Counted from the first letter of the stretch, positions 21,788 through 32,975 are shown. The stretch is DNA of 64,000 nt from an uncultured Acidobacteriota bacterium (GCA_963702425.1 CAVPCQ010000009.1:15943-79942), one strand, 5' to 3'. Program-made: numbers and translations. Notes: generated from the letters alone by a model not told the origin.

Positions 21788-22171
21788 ATGAGATGGCTCG
21801 GACGGTATGCGGACCACGCCTACGCACTGCTCCGCATCGTGGCGGGGTTCATGTTCACGTTCCACGGGGCGCAGAAGGTCCTGGGGTTCTTCACCGAGCA
21901 CCAGCCGCCGGTGGGGTCGCAGATCTGGATCGGTGGGCTGATCGAGCTGATCGGCGGACTCCTGGTGATGGTCGGGTATCAGACCCGCCTCGCGGCCTTC
22001 CTCTGCAGCGGCACGATGGCCGTGGCCTACTTCCAGTTCCACTGGAAGCTGCAGGGGGGGCCGGAGTTCTTTCCCGCGGTGAACGAGGGCGAGCTGGCCG
22101 TCCTCTACTGCTTCGTCTTCCTCTTCATCGCCTGCCGAGGCGGTGTGAAGTGGTGCGCAGACAAGAGGTAG
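21788..22171 (+). CDS. DoxX family membrane protein
   Basis: LLRIVAGFMFTFHGAQK, ELIGGLL, TRLAAF, MAVAYF, NEGELA. Confidence 0.92.
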   Translation: MRWLGRYADHAYALLRIVAGFMFTFHGAQKVLGFFTEHQPPVGSQIWIGGLIELIGGLLVMVGYQTRLAAFLCSGTMAVAYFQFHWKLQGGPEFFPAVNEGELAVLYCFVFLFIACRGGVKWCADKR

Positions 22172-22193
22172 GGGCCGGCCTCCGTGCCGGCCC
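22168..22193 (+). repeat. GTAG-type REP-like palindrome
   Basis: GTAGGGGCCGGCCTCCGTGCCGGCCC, identical to the units at 32858-32957. Confidence 0.85.
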
Positions 22194-22211
22194 GCACCCG
22201 GGAGCGGGACG

Positions 22212-22958
22212 ATGACGATCCTCCTCTTGTGGCTCGGCTACGCCATCCTCCTCTCGGCCGCGCTCGCGTGGGCCGGGCACCGCGCGCAGCCGGGATCCTC
22301 GAGCCGCGAGACCCGCCGGCCTCCCGCGCGGATCCTGGTCGTCGGCGCGACCGGCGGCACGGGCCGCCAGCTCGTCGCGCAGGCGCTCGAGCGCGGCTAC
22401 GTCGTGACGGCCCTCGTCCGGGATCCGTCGCGGCTCGAGGTCGTCCACCCGCAGCTGACAGTGATCCGGGGCGACGTGCTCGACGAGGGCTCCGTTGACG
22501 CGGCGGTGCGCGGCCAGGACGCGGTCCTCTCCGCGCTCGGCCACAAGCGGTACTTCGGACCGACCCGGATCCTCTCGGCCGGGACGCGGAACATCGTGCG
22601 CGCGATGGAGAAGCACGGCGTCCCGCGCCTGGTCTGCGAGACCTCGCTCGGGATCGGCGACAGCACCGGGCGCCTCGGCCTCCTCTACACGCTCTTCCTC
22701 ATTCCGGCGATCCTGCCGTTCTACTTCTGGGACAAGACGCGGCAGGAGAGGGTCGTCGCGGGGAGCGGCGTGGAATGGGTGATCGTGCGGCCGGGAGCGC
22801 TGGCCAACGGCGACCGGCGTGGCCGCTGTCGCCACGGCCGGGGGATCGGGAGCTTCCTTTGGACCGTGCGCGTCTCCCGCGCCGACGTGGCGGACTTCAT
22901 GCTGGACCAGCTGACTTCCGACACCTACCTGGGAACCGCACCGGGGGTGTGCTGGTAG
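22212..22958 (+). CDS. NAD(P)H-binding atypical SDR (flavin/biliverdin reductase-like) with N-terminal hydrophobic segment
   Basis: VVGATGGTG, GDVLD, WVIVRPGAL, VSRADVA. Confidence 0.9.
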   Translation: MTILLLWLGYAILLSAALAWAGHRAQPGSSSRETRRPPARILVVGATGGTGRQLVAQALERGYVVTALVRDPSRLEVVHPQLTVIRGDVLDEGSVDAAVRGQDAVLSALGHKRYFGPTRILSAGTRNIVRAMEKHGVPRLVCETSLGIGDSTGRLGLLYTLFLIPAILPFYFWDKTRQERVVAGSGVEWVIVRPGALANGDRRGRCRHGRGIGSFLWTVRVSRADVADFMLDQLTSDTYLGTAPGVCW

Positions 22959-22966
22959 GTCCCGTG

Positions 22967-24322
22967 CTACCGGGCGCGCCGGGCCTGCGCGACCGCCTCG
23001 CGCCAGCGGGCCAGCCGCTCCGCGATCGCGCGCTCCTCGCCTTCCCCGGACGGCTCGTAGAAGCGCGTCCCCGCGAGATCGGTCGGGAGGTAGTCGACCG
23101 GCGCGTGGTGGCCGGGCTCGTCGTGCGGGTAGCGGTAGCCGGCGCCGGCGCCGAGCTGCTGCGAGAGCGGGGCCGAGGCGTCGCGCAGCGCCGGCGGGAT
23201 CGGCAGGTTGCCGCGCGCTCGGGCGGCGTCGGCTGCGGCGTCACGCGCGCCGATCACGCTGTTCGACTTCGGCGCCGTCGCCAGGTAGAGCGCGGCCTCG
23301 GCCAGCGGCAGCGTGCCCTCGGGCAGGCCGAGCCGCTCGAACGCCTGCGCCGCGGCGAGCGCGAGCGACAGCGCCCGCGGGTCCGCCAGCCCGATGTCCT
23401 CCGCGGCGAAGATCAGCATCCGCCGCGCCGGGAAGAGCGGGTCCTCGCCCGACTCGATCATGCGCATCAGGTAGTAGACCGCGGCGTCGGGGTCGGAGCC
23501 GCGCAGCGACTTGATGAAGGCCGAGGCCAGGTCGTAGTGCTGGTCCCCCTGGCGGTCGGCGCGCAGCAGCCGCTGCTGCGCGGCGAGCCGAACGTCGTCC
23601 AGCGTCAGCTCGGCCGGCTCGCTCCCGGCGCCCCGCGCCGCCGCCAGCGCGGCGGCGATCTCGAGCGTCGTCAGCGCGCGCCGCGCGTCGCCGTCGGCCT
23701 CGGCCGCGATCGCGTGCCGTACCGCCTCGCCGGCGCGCACCGTCCCGCCGAGGCCGCGCGCGTCGTCGTCGAGCGCGCGGGTGACGATCGCCGCCAGCGC
23801 CGTGTCGTCGAGCGGCCGCAGCACCAGCACCCGGCAGCGCGAGACGAGCGGCGCGACGACGGTGTGCGCGGGGTTCTCGGTCGTGGCACCGATCAGCGTG
23901 ATCGTCCCGTCCTCGACGTGGGGCAGGAGCGCGTCCTGCTGCCCCTTGTGGAAGCGGTGGATCTCGTCGAGGAACAGCAGCGCGCGGCGGCGCGCGCGGC
24001 GCAGCTTGCGCGCCCCCTCGACGACCTGGCGCACGTCGGCAACGCCGGAGCTGACCGCCGAGAGCGCGAAGAACTCGTACCCCGCCTCCGCCGCAAGCAG
24101 CCGCGCCAGCGTCGTCTTGCCCGAGCCGGGCGGTCCCCAGAGGATCAGCGAGGGCAGGCGGTGCGCGGCGATCGAGCGGCGCAGGAATCCTTCGGGCCCC
24201 GTCAGGTGCGGCTGGCCCACGACCTGGTCCAGCGCGCGCGGGCGCATCCGCTCCGCCAGCGGGGCGTCGTCGCCCGGCGGCGGGAGCGCCGGCCCGTCGC
24301 CCGGGAAGAGCGAGCCGCTCAC
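22967..24322 (-). CDS. rarA: replication-associated recombination protein A (MgsA/RarA AAA+ ATPase)
   Basis: PLAERMRP, WGPPGSGKTT, FLDEIHRF, GATTENP, SAFIKSLRGSDPDAA. Confidence 0.95.
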   Translation of the reverse strand: MSGSLFPGDGPALPPPGDDAPLAERMRPRALDQVVGQPHLTGPEGFLRRSIAAHRLPSLILWGPPGSGKTTLARLLAAEAGYEFFALSAVSSGVADVRQVVEGARKLRRARRRALLFLDEIHRFHKGQQDALLPHVEDGTITLIGATTENPAHTVVAPLVSRCRVLVLRPLDDTALAAIVTRALDDDARGLGGTVRAGEAVRHAIAAEADGDARRALTTLEIAAALAAARGAGSEPAELTLDDVRLAAQQRLLRADRQGDQHYDLASAFIKSLRGSDPDAAVYYLMRMIESGEDPLFPARRMLIFAAEDIGLADPRALSLALAAAQAFERLGLPEGTLPLAEAALYLATAPKSNSVIGARDAAADAARARGNLPIPPALRDASAPLSQQLGAGAGYRYPHDEPGHHAPVDYLPTDLAGTRFYEPSGEGEERAIAERLARWREAVAQARRAR

Positions 24323-25470
24323 GGCGCTTCCGTTTCGAGCGCGCCGACGAGCGCGCGCCCCTGCCGGATGCCGGCGCCGGAGAGCAGCACCACGACGCGC
24401 CGCGCGCCGGCCAGCAGCCGCGGTGCGCTGCGGCCGAGCAGGAAGGCCACGGGAAGCGCCGCAGTCGGCTCGACCTGGAACCCCGCGCGCCACAGCAGGC
24501 GCAGCGCGCGATCGATCGCGACCTCGTCGGCGGTGACGACCGCGCCGTCCGTCTGCCGCACCGCTTCGAGCAGCTCGACGGCGCGCACCGGGTGCGGCAC
24601 GACCGCCCCCTCGGCCAGACTGGGGCACGGCAGCTCCCACGGCGCCGCGTCGCGGGCCTGCTCGCGGAAGGCGCGCGCGAGAGGCGCACACCCTTCGGGC
24701 TGGACCGCGACGATCCGCGGGGCTGCGCCGCGGCCGGCGGCGGCGAGCGCACGGAAGCCGGCGTGGAGGCCGGCGAGGTAGCCGCCCTGTCCCGCGGCCG
24801 CGACGACCGCGTCGGGCAGTCCGCCCAGCGCCGCCGCGATGTCGAACGCCGCCGTCGCGGCGCCGGCGGTGAAGAGTGGCTGCGCGGCGTGCGAGGCGTA
24901 GGTCGTGCCCGGGCCGCGGGCAGCGAGCGCGGCGACGGTGGCCCGGTCGCGCGGCCCGTCGACCTCGACCAGCTCGGCGCCGGCGGCGCGGATCAGCTCC
25001 TTCTTCAGCGGCGTCGTCGCGGTCGGGACGAAGACCCGCAGCGCGAGTCCGCCCGCCCGGGCGTACGCGGCGAGCGACAGTCCGGCGTTGCCCGACGAGT
25101 CCTCGATCAGCGCGCGCTTCCCGGCCGCTCCGAGCGCCGCGACCAGCAGCGCCGAGCCGCGGTCCTTCCAGGACCCCGTGGGAAGCAGGTCGTCGCGCAG
25201 CGCGTGGAGCCCCTCCGGCAGCCCCGGCAGCGCGAGCGGCTCGACCGGGACGATCCGCTCGCCCAGCGTCAGCTGCGGCACGTCGTCGAGGAACGGGAAG
25301 GCCGCGCGCCAGCGCCACGGCGAACCCGGGCTGGCGCGATCCGGCACCGGATCGCCCGGCGCGAGCATCTCCGGCGCGCGCGCGACCCCGCCGCAGGGGC
25401 AGAACGGGTCGTCCGGGAGAAGCGGCCGCGGCCGCCCGCAACGCGTGCAGGCCGGGGAGGGGAGCGTCAT
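24319..25470 (-). CDS. PLP-dependent threonine synthase-like protein
   Basis: N-terminal CxxC...CxCG, PTGSWKDRG, EDSSGNAG, VEPTAA. Confidence 0.85.
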   Translation of the reverse strand: MTLPSPACTRCGRPRPLLPDDPFCPCGGVARAPEMLAPGDPVPDRASPGSPWRWRAAFPFLDDVPQLTLGERIVPVEPLALPGLPEGLHALRDDLLPTGSWKDRGSALLVAALGAAGKRALIEDSSGNAGLSLAAYARAGGLALRVFVPTATTPLKKELIRAAGAELVEVDGPRDRATVAALAARGPGTTYASHAAQPLFTAGAATAAFDIAAALGGLPDAVVAAAGQGGYLAGLHAGFRALAAAGRGAAPRIVAVQPEGCAPLARAFREQARDAAPWELPCPSLAEGAVVPHPVRAVELLEAVRQTDGAVVTADEVAIDRALRLLWRAGFQVEPTAALPVAFLLGRSAPRLLAGARRVVVLLSGAGIRQGRALVGALETEAP

Positions 25471-26207
25471 GCGCCGCCGGGACGGGGGCGGGCCGCGGTC
25501 GCGAGGTCCGCGAGGACGCGATCCGCCGCCGCGCGCGGGTCCTCGGCCTTGACGATCGGCCGCCCGACCACGATGTGGCTCGCGCCGCCGCCCACCGCCT
25601 CGGCCGGGGTCGCGACGCGGGCCTGGTCGCCGTGCGCCTCGCCCGGCAGCCGGATCCCCGGCGTCACCAGCCAGAAGCCATCCCCCAGCTCGCGCCGCAG
25701 CCGCGGGGCTTCGAGCGCGCTGGCCACCAGACCGTCGGCCCCGGCCTCGAGCGCCAGCTTGGCCAGTCGCAGCGCGTTGGTCTCCGGGTCGTCGGAAGCC
25801 AGCCCCAGCGCCGCCAGGCTCCGCGCGTCGTGCGAGGTCAGCACCGTCACCGCCAGCAGCTGCGGCCGCGACGCCCCGCCCGCACCGCAGGCCTCCGCCA
25901 CCTCGCGCGCGGCCGCGATCATCTCGCGCCCGCCCAACGCGTGCAGCGTCGTGAAGCGCACGCCCAACGTTGCCGCCGAGCGCACCGCCGCCGCGGCGGT
26001 GCGCGGGATGTCGTGGATCTTGAGGTCGAGGAAGATCGACGCGCCACCGGCCCGCGCGGCCTCGACTGCCGCCGGGCCGTGCGCGACGAACTGCTCCAAC
26101 CCCACCTTGAAGACGCCGACTTTGCCGGACAGCGTCGTCGCCAGCGCGCGCGCGCCGGAGAGGTCCGGGACGTCGAGTGCCACGACCAGCCGATCGACCG
26201 GGTTCAT
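25467..26207 (-). CDS. pyrF: orotidine-5'-phosphate decarboxylase
   Basis: VALD, FKVGLE, FLDLKIHDIPRT, VTVLTS, VTPGIR, VGRPI. Confidence 0.96.
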   Translation of the reverse strand: MNPVDRLVVALDVPDLSGARALATTLSGKVGVFKVGLEQFVAHGPAAVEAARAGGASIFLDLKIHDIPRTAAAAVRSAATLGVRFTTLHALGGREMIAAAREVAEACGAGGASRPQLLAVTVLTSHDARSLAALGLASDDPETNALRLAKLALEAGADGLVASALEAPRLRRELGDGFWLVTPGIRLPGEAHGDQARVATPAEAVGGGASHIVVGRPIVKAEDPRAAADRVLADLATAARPRPGGA

Positions 26208-27136
26208 GCCTGATTCCCCTTGACCGCTCCCACCAGCGCGTTGACGTCGGCGACGCCGTGGGCGACGCACCAGGCCGCGAGCTCGTCGACGATCCGCATC
26301 GCCACGCCGGGGTCGTTGAAGTTGGCGGTGCCCACCTGCACCGCTCGCGCGCCGGCGAGCAGGAACTCGACCACGTCGCGGGCGTTGACGATCCCGCCCA
26401 TCCCGACGATCGGGATCTTCACCGCATTGTAGACCTGATGCACCATCGCGATCGCCACCGGCCGGATCGCCGGACCCGAGAGCCCCCCGGTCCCGCGGTG
26501 CAGCACCGGCCGCCGACGCTCGACGTCGATCACCATCCCGACCAGGGTGTTGATCAGCGAGACCGCGTCGGCCCCGCCCGCCTCGGCGGCCAGCGCGGTC
26601 TCGGCGATGTTGCTGACGTTCGGCGTCAGCTTGACCCACAGCGGCTGGCGCGTGATCGCGCGGGCGTCCCTGGTGATCGCCTCGATCGCCGTTGGCGAGC
26701 GTCCCAGCTCGAGCCCCCCCTCCTTCACGTTGGGGCAGGAGAGGTTCAGCTCGACCGCCGCGATCCCGCCCTCCTTCGCCAGCCGCTCGACGACGTGGAG
26801 CAGGTCCTCCTCGCACTGGCCGTAGACGTTGACCACCGTGGCCACGCCGCGCTCGCGCAGCGCCGGGAGCTTCTCTTCCAGGAAACGGTCGATCCCGACG
26901 TTCTGCAGCCCGATCGCGTTGAGCATCCCGGACGGCGTTTCGACCAGCCGCGGCGGCGGGTTGCCGGCGCGCGGCTTCGGCGAGATCCCCTTGACGACCA
27001 CGCCGCCGAGCCGATTGAGGTCGAGGTACGGTTCGAACTCCAGCCCATATCCGAAGGTGCCGCTCGCGGTCAGGACCGGGTTCCGCAGCACGAGGCCGCC
27101 GCCGACGGCGACTTCCATCCGCACCGCCGCGCTCAC
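26204..27136 (-). CDS. pyrD: dihydroorotate dehydrogenase B catalytic subunit
   Basis: ASGTFGYG, MLNAIGLQN, ELNLSCPNV, KLTPN, GGLSGPAIRP. Confidence 0.96.
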   Translation of the reverse strand: MSAAVRMEVAVGGGLVLRNPVLTASGTFGYGLEFEPYLDLNRLGGVVVKGISPKPRAGNPPPRLVETPSGMLNAIGLQNVGIDRFLEEKLPALRERGVATVVNVYGQCEEDLLHVVERLAKEGGIAAVELNLSCPNVKEGGLELGRSPTAIEAITRDARAITRQPLWVKLTPNVSNIAETALAAEAGGADAVSLINTLVGMVIDVERRRPVLHRGTGGLSGPAIRPVAIAMVHQVYNAVKIPIVGMGGIVNARDVVEFLLAGARAVQVGTANFNDPGVAMRIVDELAAWCVAHGVADVNALVGAVKGNQA

Positions 27137-27987
27137 AGCACGATCTCCCGCGCGTCGAAGACCGGTCCTTCCGTGCAGACCCGCACGAAGCGATCGAAGT
27201 CGCCCTCCGGCTGACGCTTCTCGACGACGCAGCCGAGGCAGACGCCGAAGCCGCAGGCCATCGTCTCCTCCATCGCCACCTGGCAGGGGACGCCGCGCGC
27301 GAGGCACAGCTCGGCGACCGCGCGCAGCATCGGGTGCGGCCCGCAGGCCATCACCAGCCGGCGCCGGACCGGGTTGGCGTCGAGGTGCGCGGCGAGCGGC
27401 ACCGTGACGAAGCCGTGGTGCCCGTGCGAGCCGTCCTCGGTCGCGGTCACGACGCGCCCGGCCGCGCGCTCGAACCAGTCGAGCAGCGTCAGGTCCTGCC
27501 GGGAGCGGCCGCCGAAGAAGAGTGTCGTCCGCGCGGCGCGCGGGCCCAGCTCCTGAAGCAGGAGCGGGAAGATCGCGTTGCCGATCCCGCCCGCGACCAG
27601 CAACAGTTCGGTGTCTTCGCCGCCGCCGTCGCCCGCGGCGGCCGGGTCGGGGAGCCAGAAGCCGCGGCCAAGCGGCCCCAGGAGCGCGAGCTCGTCGCCT
27701 GGCTTGAGCCGGCTGAAGAGCGTGGTACCGCGCCCGACGACCTTGTAAAGCAGACCGATCGAAGCGGGATCGCCGCGGCCCGGCTCGCCGCCGTGCGGCT
27801 CGGGTGACACGAGCGCGACCGAGAAGGGCCGGCGGATCAGCATCTGGTCGATGTCGGTCAAGCCGATCATCACGAACTGTCCGGCCCGGATCTCGCGCGC
27901 GATCTCGGGAGCGCGGAGCGTGAGGAGGTGGTAGCCGGCGCCGAGATCGTCCTGGCGCTCGACGGCAGCGGTCAGGTTGTAGGGCAT
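27133..27987 (-). CDS. pyrK: dihydroorotate dehydrogenase electron transfer subunit
   Basis: RRPFS, GPLGRGF, AGGIG, CGPHPML, MACGFGVCLGC, CTEGPVF. Confidence 0.95.
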   Translation of the reverse strand: MPYNLTAAVERQDDLGAGYHLLTLRAPEIAREIRAGQFVMIGLTDIDQMLIRRPFSVALVSPEPHGGEPGRGDPASIGLLYKVVGRGTTLFSRLKPGDELALLGPLGRGFWLPDPAAAGDGGGEDTELLLVAGGIGNAIFPLLLQELGPRAARTTLFFGGRSRQDLTLLDWFERAAGRVVTATEDGSHGHHGFVTVPLAAHLDANPVRRRLVMACGPHPMLRAVAELCLARGVPCQVAMEETMACGFGVCLGCVVEKRQPEGDFDRFVRVCTEGPVFDAREIVL

Positions 27988-28026
27988 GCCGGGATATTAG
28001 CAGTTATCCTCCCCCCGGCACTGCCG

Positions 28027-29784
28027 ATGAAGCTCAAGCGCCGCATCGCCGAGGGGTTCCGGCCCTTTCTCTGGCTGCTCGCCGATGCGGCCGTGGTGGC
28101 GGCGATCGCCTGGCCCGCCGCCGCGCTCTTGCTGTTCCTGGTCAACCCGGAGCTGCCCTTCACGCCGGGCGGCTTTTTCGCGACGATGGGTGCCATTCTC
28201 CCGCAGGCGCTGCTGGTCTTCGTGCTCGCCGGTCCGCTCCTCGTGCTGCTCGGCAATGCCTTCGCGGTCGGACGATCGTCGACGCGCGGCTTCCGGATCC
28301 GGCACATCGTGCGCTTCGCCTTCCTCGACGCGTTCCTGCTCTGGCTCGCCGCCTTCGACCAGTGGCGCGTGACGGGACCGCTGCTTCCCGATGCGACGCG
28401 GGCGGCGCTGGCGATCACGGTCAGCGCGCTCGCCGCGGCCTGGGTCATCGCGCTCGCCTGCGTCGTGATGGACGCGCGCCGGCCCGGCTCGGTCCGCTCA
28501 GCCTGGATCGTGGCGCTGGCGGTGGCGGTGCTCGTCGCGCTGGCGGGTGCGGGAGACATGCGGCGCGTGCGCTTCCCGGACCCGGCGCCGATCGACGTGC
28601 GCGGGTTCGCGGCGGAGCGGCCGCTGATCCTGTTCGAAGTGCCCGGGCTCTCGCTCGCGACGCTCGAAGGGTTTGCCGAGCGCGGGACCGCGCCGGCGCT
28701 CGAGTCGCTGCTCACGACCGGCAGCGTCATGACCGTGGCCGGCGGCATCGTCGAGGACTCGCTCTCGCTGCACGCCACGCTGGTCACCGGACGCGGACCG
28801 GAGCAGCACCGCGTGCTCGGGCCGCTGCGTTTTCGGCCGCGCGGGGGGAGCGGTGGCGTGTCGTTTGGGATCCTGCCCCGGGGCCTGCTGTTCTGGCCGT
28901 CGCTGAAGCTCGGGCTCTGGGACGCGGTGCCGGTCTCGGCCCCGGCTCTGCGCGCGGTCTCGGTGGCCGGGGTCGCGCGCGCGCTGGGCCTGCCGGTGGC
29001 GATCGTCGGCGACCCGCTCGCCGGCCGGCCGCCGAACCCTGAGTCGGTCATCGTGCCGACCGACGCGCTGGGCGCGGGGCAGACGGTCGCACTCGGAGCG
29101 GCCGGCAGCGTGACCTGCGTCGATGCCGGGCCGATCGGCGACCGGTTCTTCGATCCTCCAGCGGCCGAGCTGCCGGGCACGCGCCGCCTCGAGGCGCTCG
29201 TCCGGACGGCGCTGGATGCCGATCTCTGCGCCCTGGCGATCGGCAAGAAGCTGGCCGCGACCGGCCGCTTCGCGCTGGTCCACGTGCGGCTCGGCGGGCT
29301 CGAGCGGATCACGCGCCAGTTCGCGGGGTGGCAACCCGAGAGCACGGCGCGCGGCGCCTCGGACCGGGAAGTCGAGGCCTACGGCCGGGTGCTCGCGCGC
29401 TACGTGCGCCAGCTCGACCCCGCGGGCGGCGAGCTGGTCTCGGCCGGGCCGCCCGGAGCGCTCGTGGCCCTGGTCTCGCCCTGCGGCGTCGTGCCCCGCA
29501 TCGACCTGGGCCGGCTGGCGGAGGCGCTGGCCGGAATCTCGGGCCCGACCGCGAGCACCGACGGGCCGCCGCCCGGTTCGCTGATCCTCGCCGGCGAGGG
29601 GGTCGTTCCGGGAGGGCATCGCGCGGGGGAGATCGCGCTGGAGTCGGTGCTGCCGACGCTGCTCTGGGGCGCCGGACTGCCCGCCGCCGCCGACATGGGG
29701 CCGATCGCGACCCAGGCGTTCACCCCCGAGTACGTCGCCGCGCACCCGGTGATCGGCGTCCCCAGCTACGGCAAGCGCCGCTGA
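28027..29784 (+). CDS. membrane protein with C-terminal degenerate alkaline-phosphatase/NPP-like domain
   Basis: about 5 TM helices, then ATLVTG..PEQH, SPCG and G.LILAG.G segments echoing the NPP fold. Confidence 0.7.
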   Translation: MKLKRRIAEGFRPFLWLLADAAVVAAIAWPAAALLLFLVNPELPFTPGGFFATMGAILPQALLVFVLAGPLLVLLGNAFAVGRSSTRGFRIRHIVRFAFLDAFLLWLAAFDQWRVTGPLLPDATRAALAITVSALAAAWVIALACVVMDARRPGSVRSAWIVALAVAVLVALAGAGDMRRVRFPDPAPIDVRGFAAERPLILFEVPGLSLATLEGFAERGTAPALESLLTTGSVMTVAGGIVEDSLSLHATLVTGRGPEQHRVLGPLRFRPRGGSGGVSFGILPRGLLFWPSLKLGLWDAVPVSAPALRAVSVAGVARALGLPVAIVGDPLAGRPPNPESVIVPTDALGAGQTVALGAAGSVTCVDAGPIGDRFFDPPAAELPGTRRLEALVRTALDADLCALAIGKKLAATGRFALVHVRLGGLERITRQFAGWQPESTARGASDREVEAYGRVLARYVRQLDPAGGELVSAGPPGALVALVSPCGVVPRIDLGRLAEALAGISGPTASTDGPPPGSLILAGEGVVPGGHRAGEIALESVLPTLLWGAGLPAAADMGPIATQAFTPEYVAAHPVIGVPSYGKRR

Positions 29785-29888
29785 CCCGGCCGCGCCGCGC
29801 CCCCCTTTGGACAGCGCGCGAGGGAGACGATAGTCTCGCCCGACTTCGCGCCCGGAACGGTCCGCCCGGGACGCGCGGCGGAGGCCGG

Positions 29889-30614
<726 letters not shown>

Positions 30615-30618
<4 letters not shown>

Positions 30619-31571
30619 AGCTGCGCAGCCGTCACCTGCTGGGGATCGCCGAGCTCGATCCGGACGAGATCGTCGCCATTCTCGACACCGCCGAGAGCTT
30701 CGCCGAGGTCTCGGGGCGCGAGATCAAGAAGGTCCCGGCGCTCCGCGGGCGGACGGTGATCAACTTCTTCGTCGAGCCCTCGACCCGCACCCGGACCTCG
30801 TTCGAGGTCGCGGAGAAGCGCCTGTCGGCCGACACGCTGGGGATCACGGCCTCGGCCAGTTCGCTGGTCAAGGGCGAGACGCTGCTCGACACGGTCCGCA
30901 ACCTCGAAGCGATGAACCCGGACTTCATCGTGATGCGCCACCCGGAGCCGGGAGCGCACGAACTCCTGACGCGGGTCTGCCGGTCCTCGGTGATCAACGC
31001 CGGCGACGGCGGGCACGAGCACCCGACGCAGGCCCTGCTCGACGCGATGACGATGCGCCAGCGCTTCGGCCGCCTGTCGGGGCTCAAGGTCGTGATCCTC
31101 GGCGACATCAGGCACAGCCGTGTCGCGCGCTCCAACATCAGTCTCCTGACGAAGATGGGCTCGACGGTGGTCGCCTGCGGGCCGCCGACCCTGATCCCGG
31201 TCGGCGTCGAGGAGCTGGGCGCCGAGGTGAGCTATCACCCCGACGTGGCGATCGAGGGCGCCGACGTGGTGATGGTGCTCCGAATGCAGCTGGAGCGGAT
31301 GAAGACCGGCTACGTGCCCAGCCTCAGGGAGTACGCGCGACTCTACGCGCTGACCCCCGAGCGGCTCGAGCGGGCGCGGCCGGAGGCGATCGTGATGCAC
31401 CCCGGGCCGATGAACCGGGGGGTCGAGATCGACGGCGGGCTGGCCGACGGGCCACGCTCGGTGATCCTCGACCAGGTCTCGAACGGCGTCGCGGTCCGGA
31501 TGGCAGTCCTGTATCTCCTGGCGGGAGGCGAGCGTGAAGACGCTGCTGTTGCGACGAGCGCGGGTCGTTGA
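30615..31571 (+). CDS. pyrB: aspartate carbamoyltransferase catalytic subunit
   Basis: [47 protein letters not shown]. Confidence 0.97.
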
Positions 31572-32814
31572 CCCGGCAGGTGGGGTCGACGGGATCCGCG
31601 ACGTCCTGATCGAGGGCGGCCGGATTCTCAAGGTCGCGCAGCGGATCCAGCGGCGCGACGGCCAGGCGATCGACCTCGACGGGCTGGTGCTCTGTCCCGG
31701 GTTCATCGACATGCACGTCCACCTGCGGGAGCCGGGCCAGGAGTGGAAGGAGACGATCGCCAGCGGCACGGCCGCGGCCGCCGCGGGCGGCTTCACGGCC
31801 GTCGCGGCGATGGCCAACACCGACCCGGTCAACGACTCGCGCGCAGTGACGGAGATGATCGTCGCCGAGGCGAAGCGGCACGGCTCGGTCCGCGTCCACC
31901 CGGTCGGAGCGATCAGCAAGAAGCTGGAAGGGAAGGAACTCGCCGATGTCGGCGAGATGGTCGAGGCCGGCGCGGTCGCGATCTCCGACGACGGACGACC
32001 GGTGATGGACCCGTCCTTGATGCGGCGGGCCCTCGAGTACGCAAAGGCCTTCGGGATCCCGGTCCTGGCCCACGAGATGGACGACGCGCTCTGCGCCGGC
32101 GGCGTGATGCACGAGGGGGCGGTCTCGACGCGCCTGGGGCTGCCCGGGATGCCCCCGGCTGCCGAGGAGACGATGATCGCGCGCGATCTGCTGCTGGCCG
32201 AGGACGCCGGCGGGCGCCTGCACATCCAGCACCTCACGACCGGTCGCGGGCTGGCGCTGATCCGGCTCGGACGACGACGGGGGATTCACGTCACCTGCGA
32301 GGTGACGCCACACCATCTGACGCTGACCGACGAAGCACTCGTGCGCTACGACACCAACCTCAAGATGAACCCGCCGCTGCGGCCGGAGGGCGACCGCGCG
32401 GCGCTGGTGCGAGGTCTCAAGGACGGCGCGATCGACGCGATCGGAACCGACCACGCGCCACACCACCACGACGAGAAGTGGGTCGAGTTCGCGCGTGCCC
32501 CGTTCGGGATCATCGGGCTCGAGACGGCGGTGCCGGTGCTGCTGACGAAGCTGGTCCACGAGGGAGGTCTGTCGCTCGCGCGGTTCGTCGAGCTGCTGAC
32601 GGCGGGGCCGGCCGCCGCCCTCGGGGTCGCCGGTGGCAGCCTGGCGCAGGGCGAGGTCGCCGACATCACCGTGCTCGACCTCGGCCGCGAGGGGACGATC
32701 GACCCGGCTGGCTTCCGGAGCCGGTCGCGCAACACGCCCTACGAGGGCTTTCCCTTCAAGGGGCAGGCGGTGATGACGATCGTCGGCGGCCGGGTCGTTC
32801 ACGACGCTCGCTGA
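31534..32814 (+). CDS. pyrC: dihydroorotase
   Basis: [40 protein letters not shown]. Confidence 0.96.
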   Translation: MKTLLLRRARVVDPAGGVDGIRDVLIEGGRILKVAQRIQRRDGQAIDLDGLVLCPGFIDMHVHLREPGQEWKETIASGTAAAAAGGFTAVAAMANTDPVNDSRAVTEMIVAEAKRHGSVRVHPVGAISKKLEGKELADVGEMVEAGAVAISDDGRPVMDPSLMRRALEYAKAFGIPVLAHEMDDALCAGGVMHEGAVSTRLGLPGMPPAAEETMIARDLLLAEDAGGRLHIQHLTTGRGLALIRLGRRRGIHVTCEVTPHHLTLTDEALVRYDTNLKMNPPLRPEGDRAALVRGLKDGAIDAIGTDHAPHHHDEKWVEFARAPFGIIGLETAVPVLLTKLVHEGGLSLARFVELLTAGPAAALGVAGGSLAQGEVADITVLDLGREGTIDPAGFRSRSRNTPYEGFPFKGQAVMTIVGGRVVHDAR

Positions 32815-32824
32815 CGAAGAGAAC

Positions 32825-32964
32825 GGGCCGGCACGGAGGCCGGCCCGCGCAAGAAACGTAGGGGCCGGCCTCCGTGCCGGCCCGCGCAAGAAACGTAGGG
32901 GCCGGCCTCCGTGCCGGCCCGCGCAAGAAACGTAGGGGCCGGCCTCCGTGCCGGCCCGCGCAAG
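32825..32964. repeat. BIME-like cluster of REP-like palindromes: one inverted copy plus three direct 37-bp units
   Basis: GTAGGGGCCGGCCTCCGTGCCGGCCCGCGCAAG(AAAC) at 32858, 32895 and 32932; inverted core at 32825-32846. Confidence 0.92.
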
Positions 32965-32975
32965 GGAGTCCCTCG

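Noticed and set aside
29785-29888. PyrR-binding attenuator upstream of pyrR
   Set aside because: no match to the PyrR binding-loop consensus and no U-tailed terminator; only a small hairpin over a possible -10
32825-32964. possible CRISPR array
   Set aside because: units are identical with no unique spacers, no cas genes are nearby, and the same element occurs singly elsewhere as a REP
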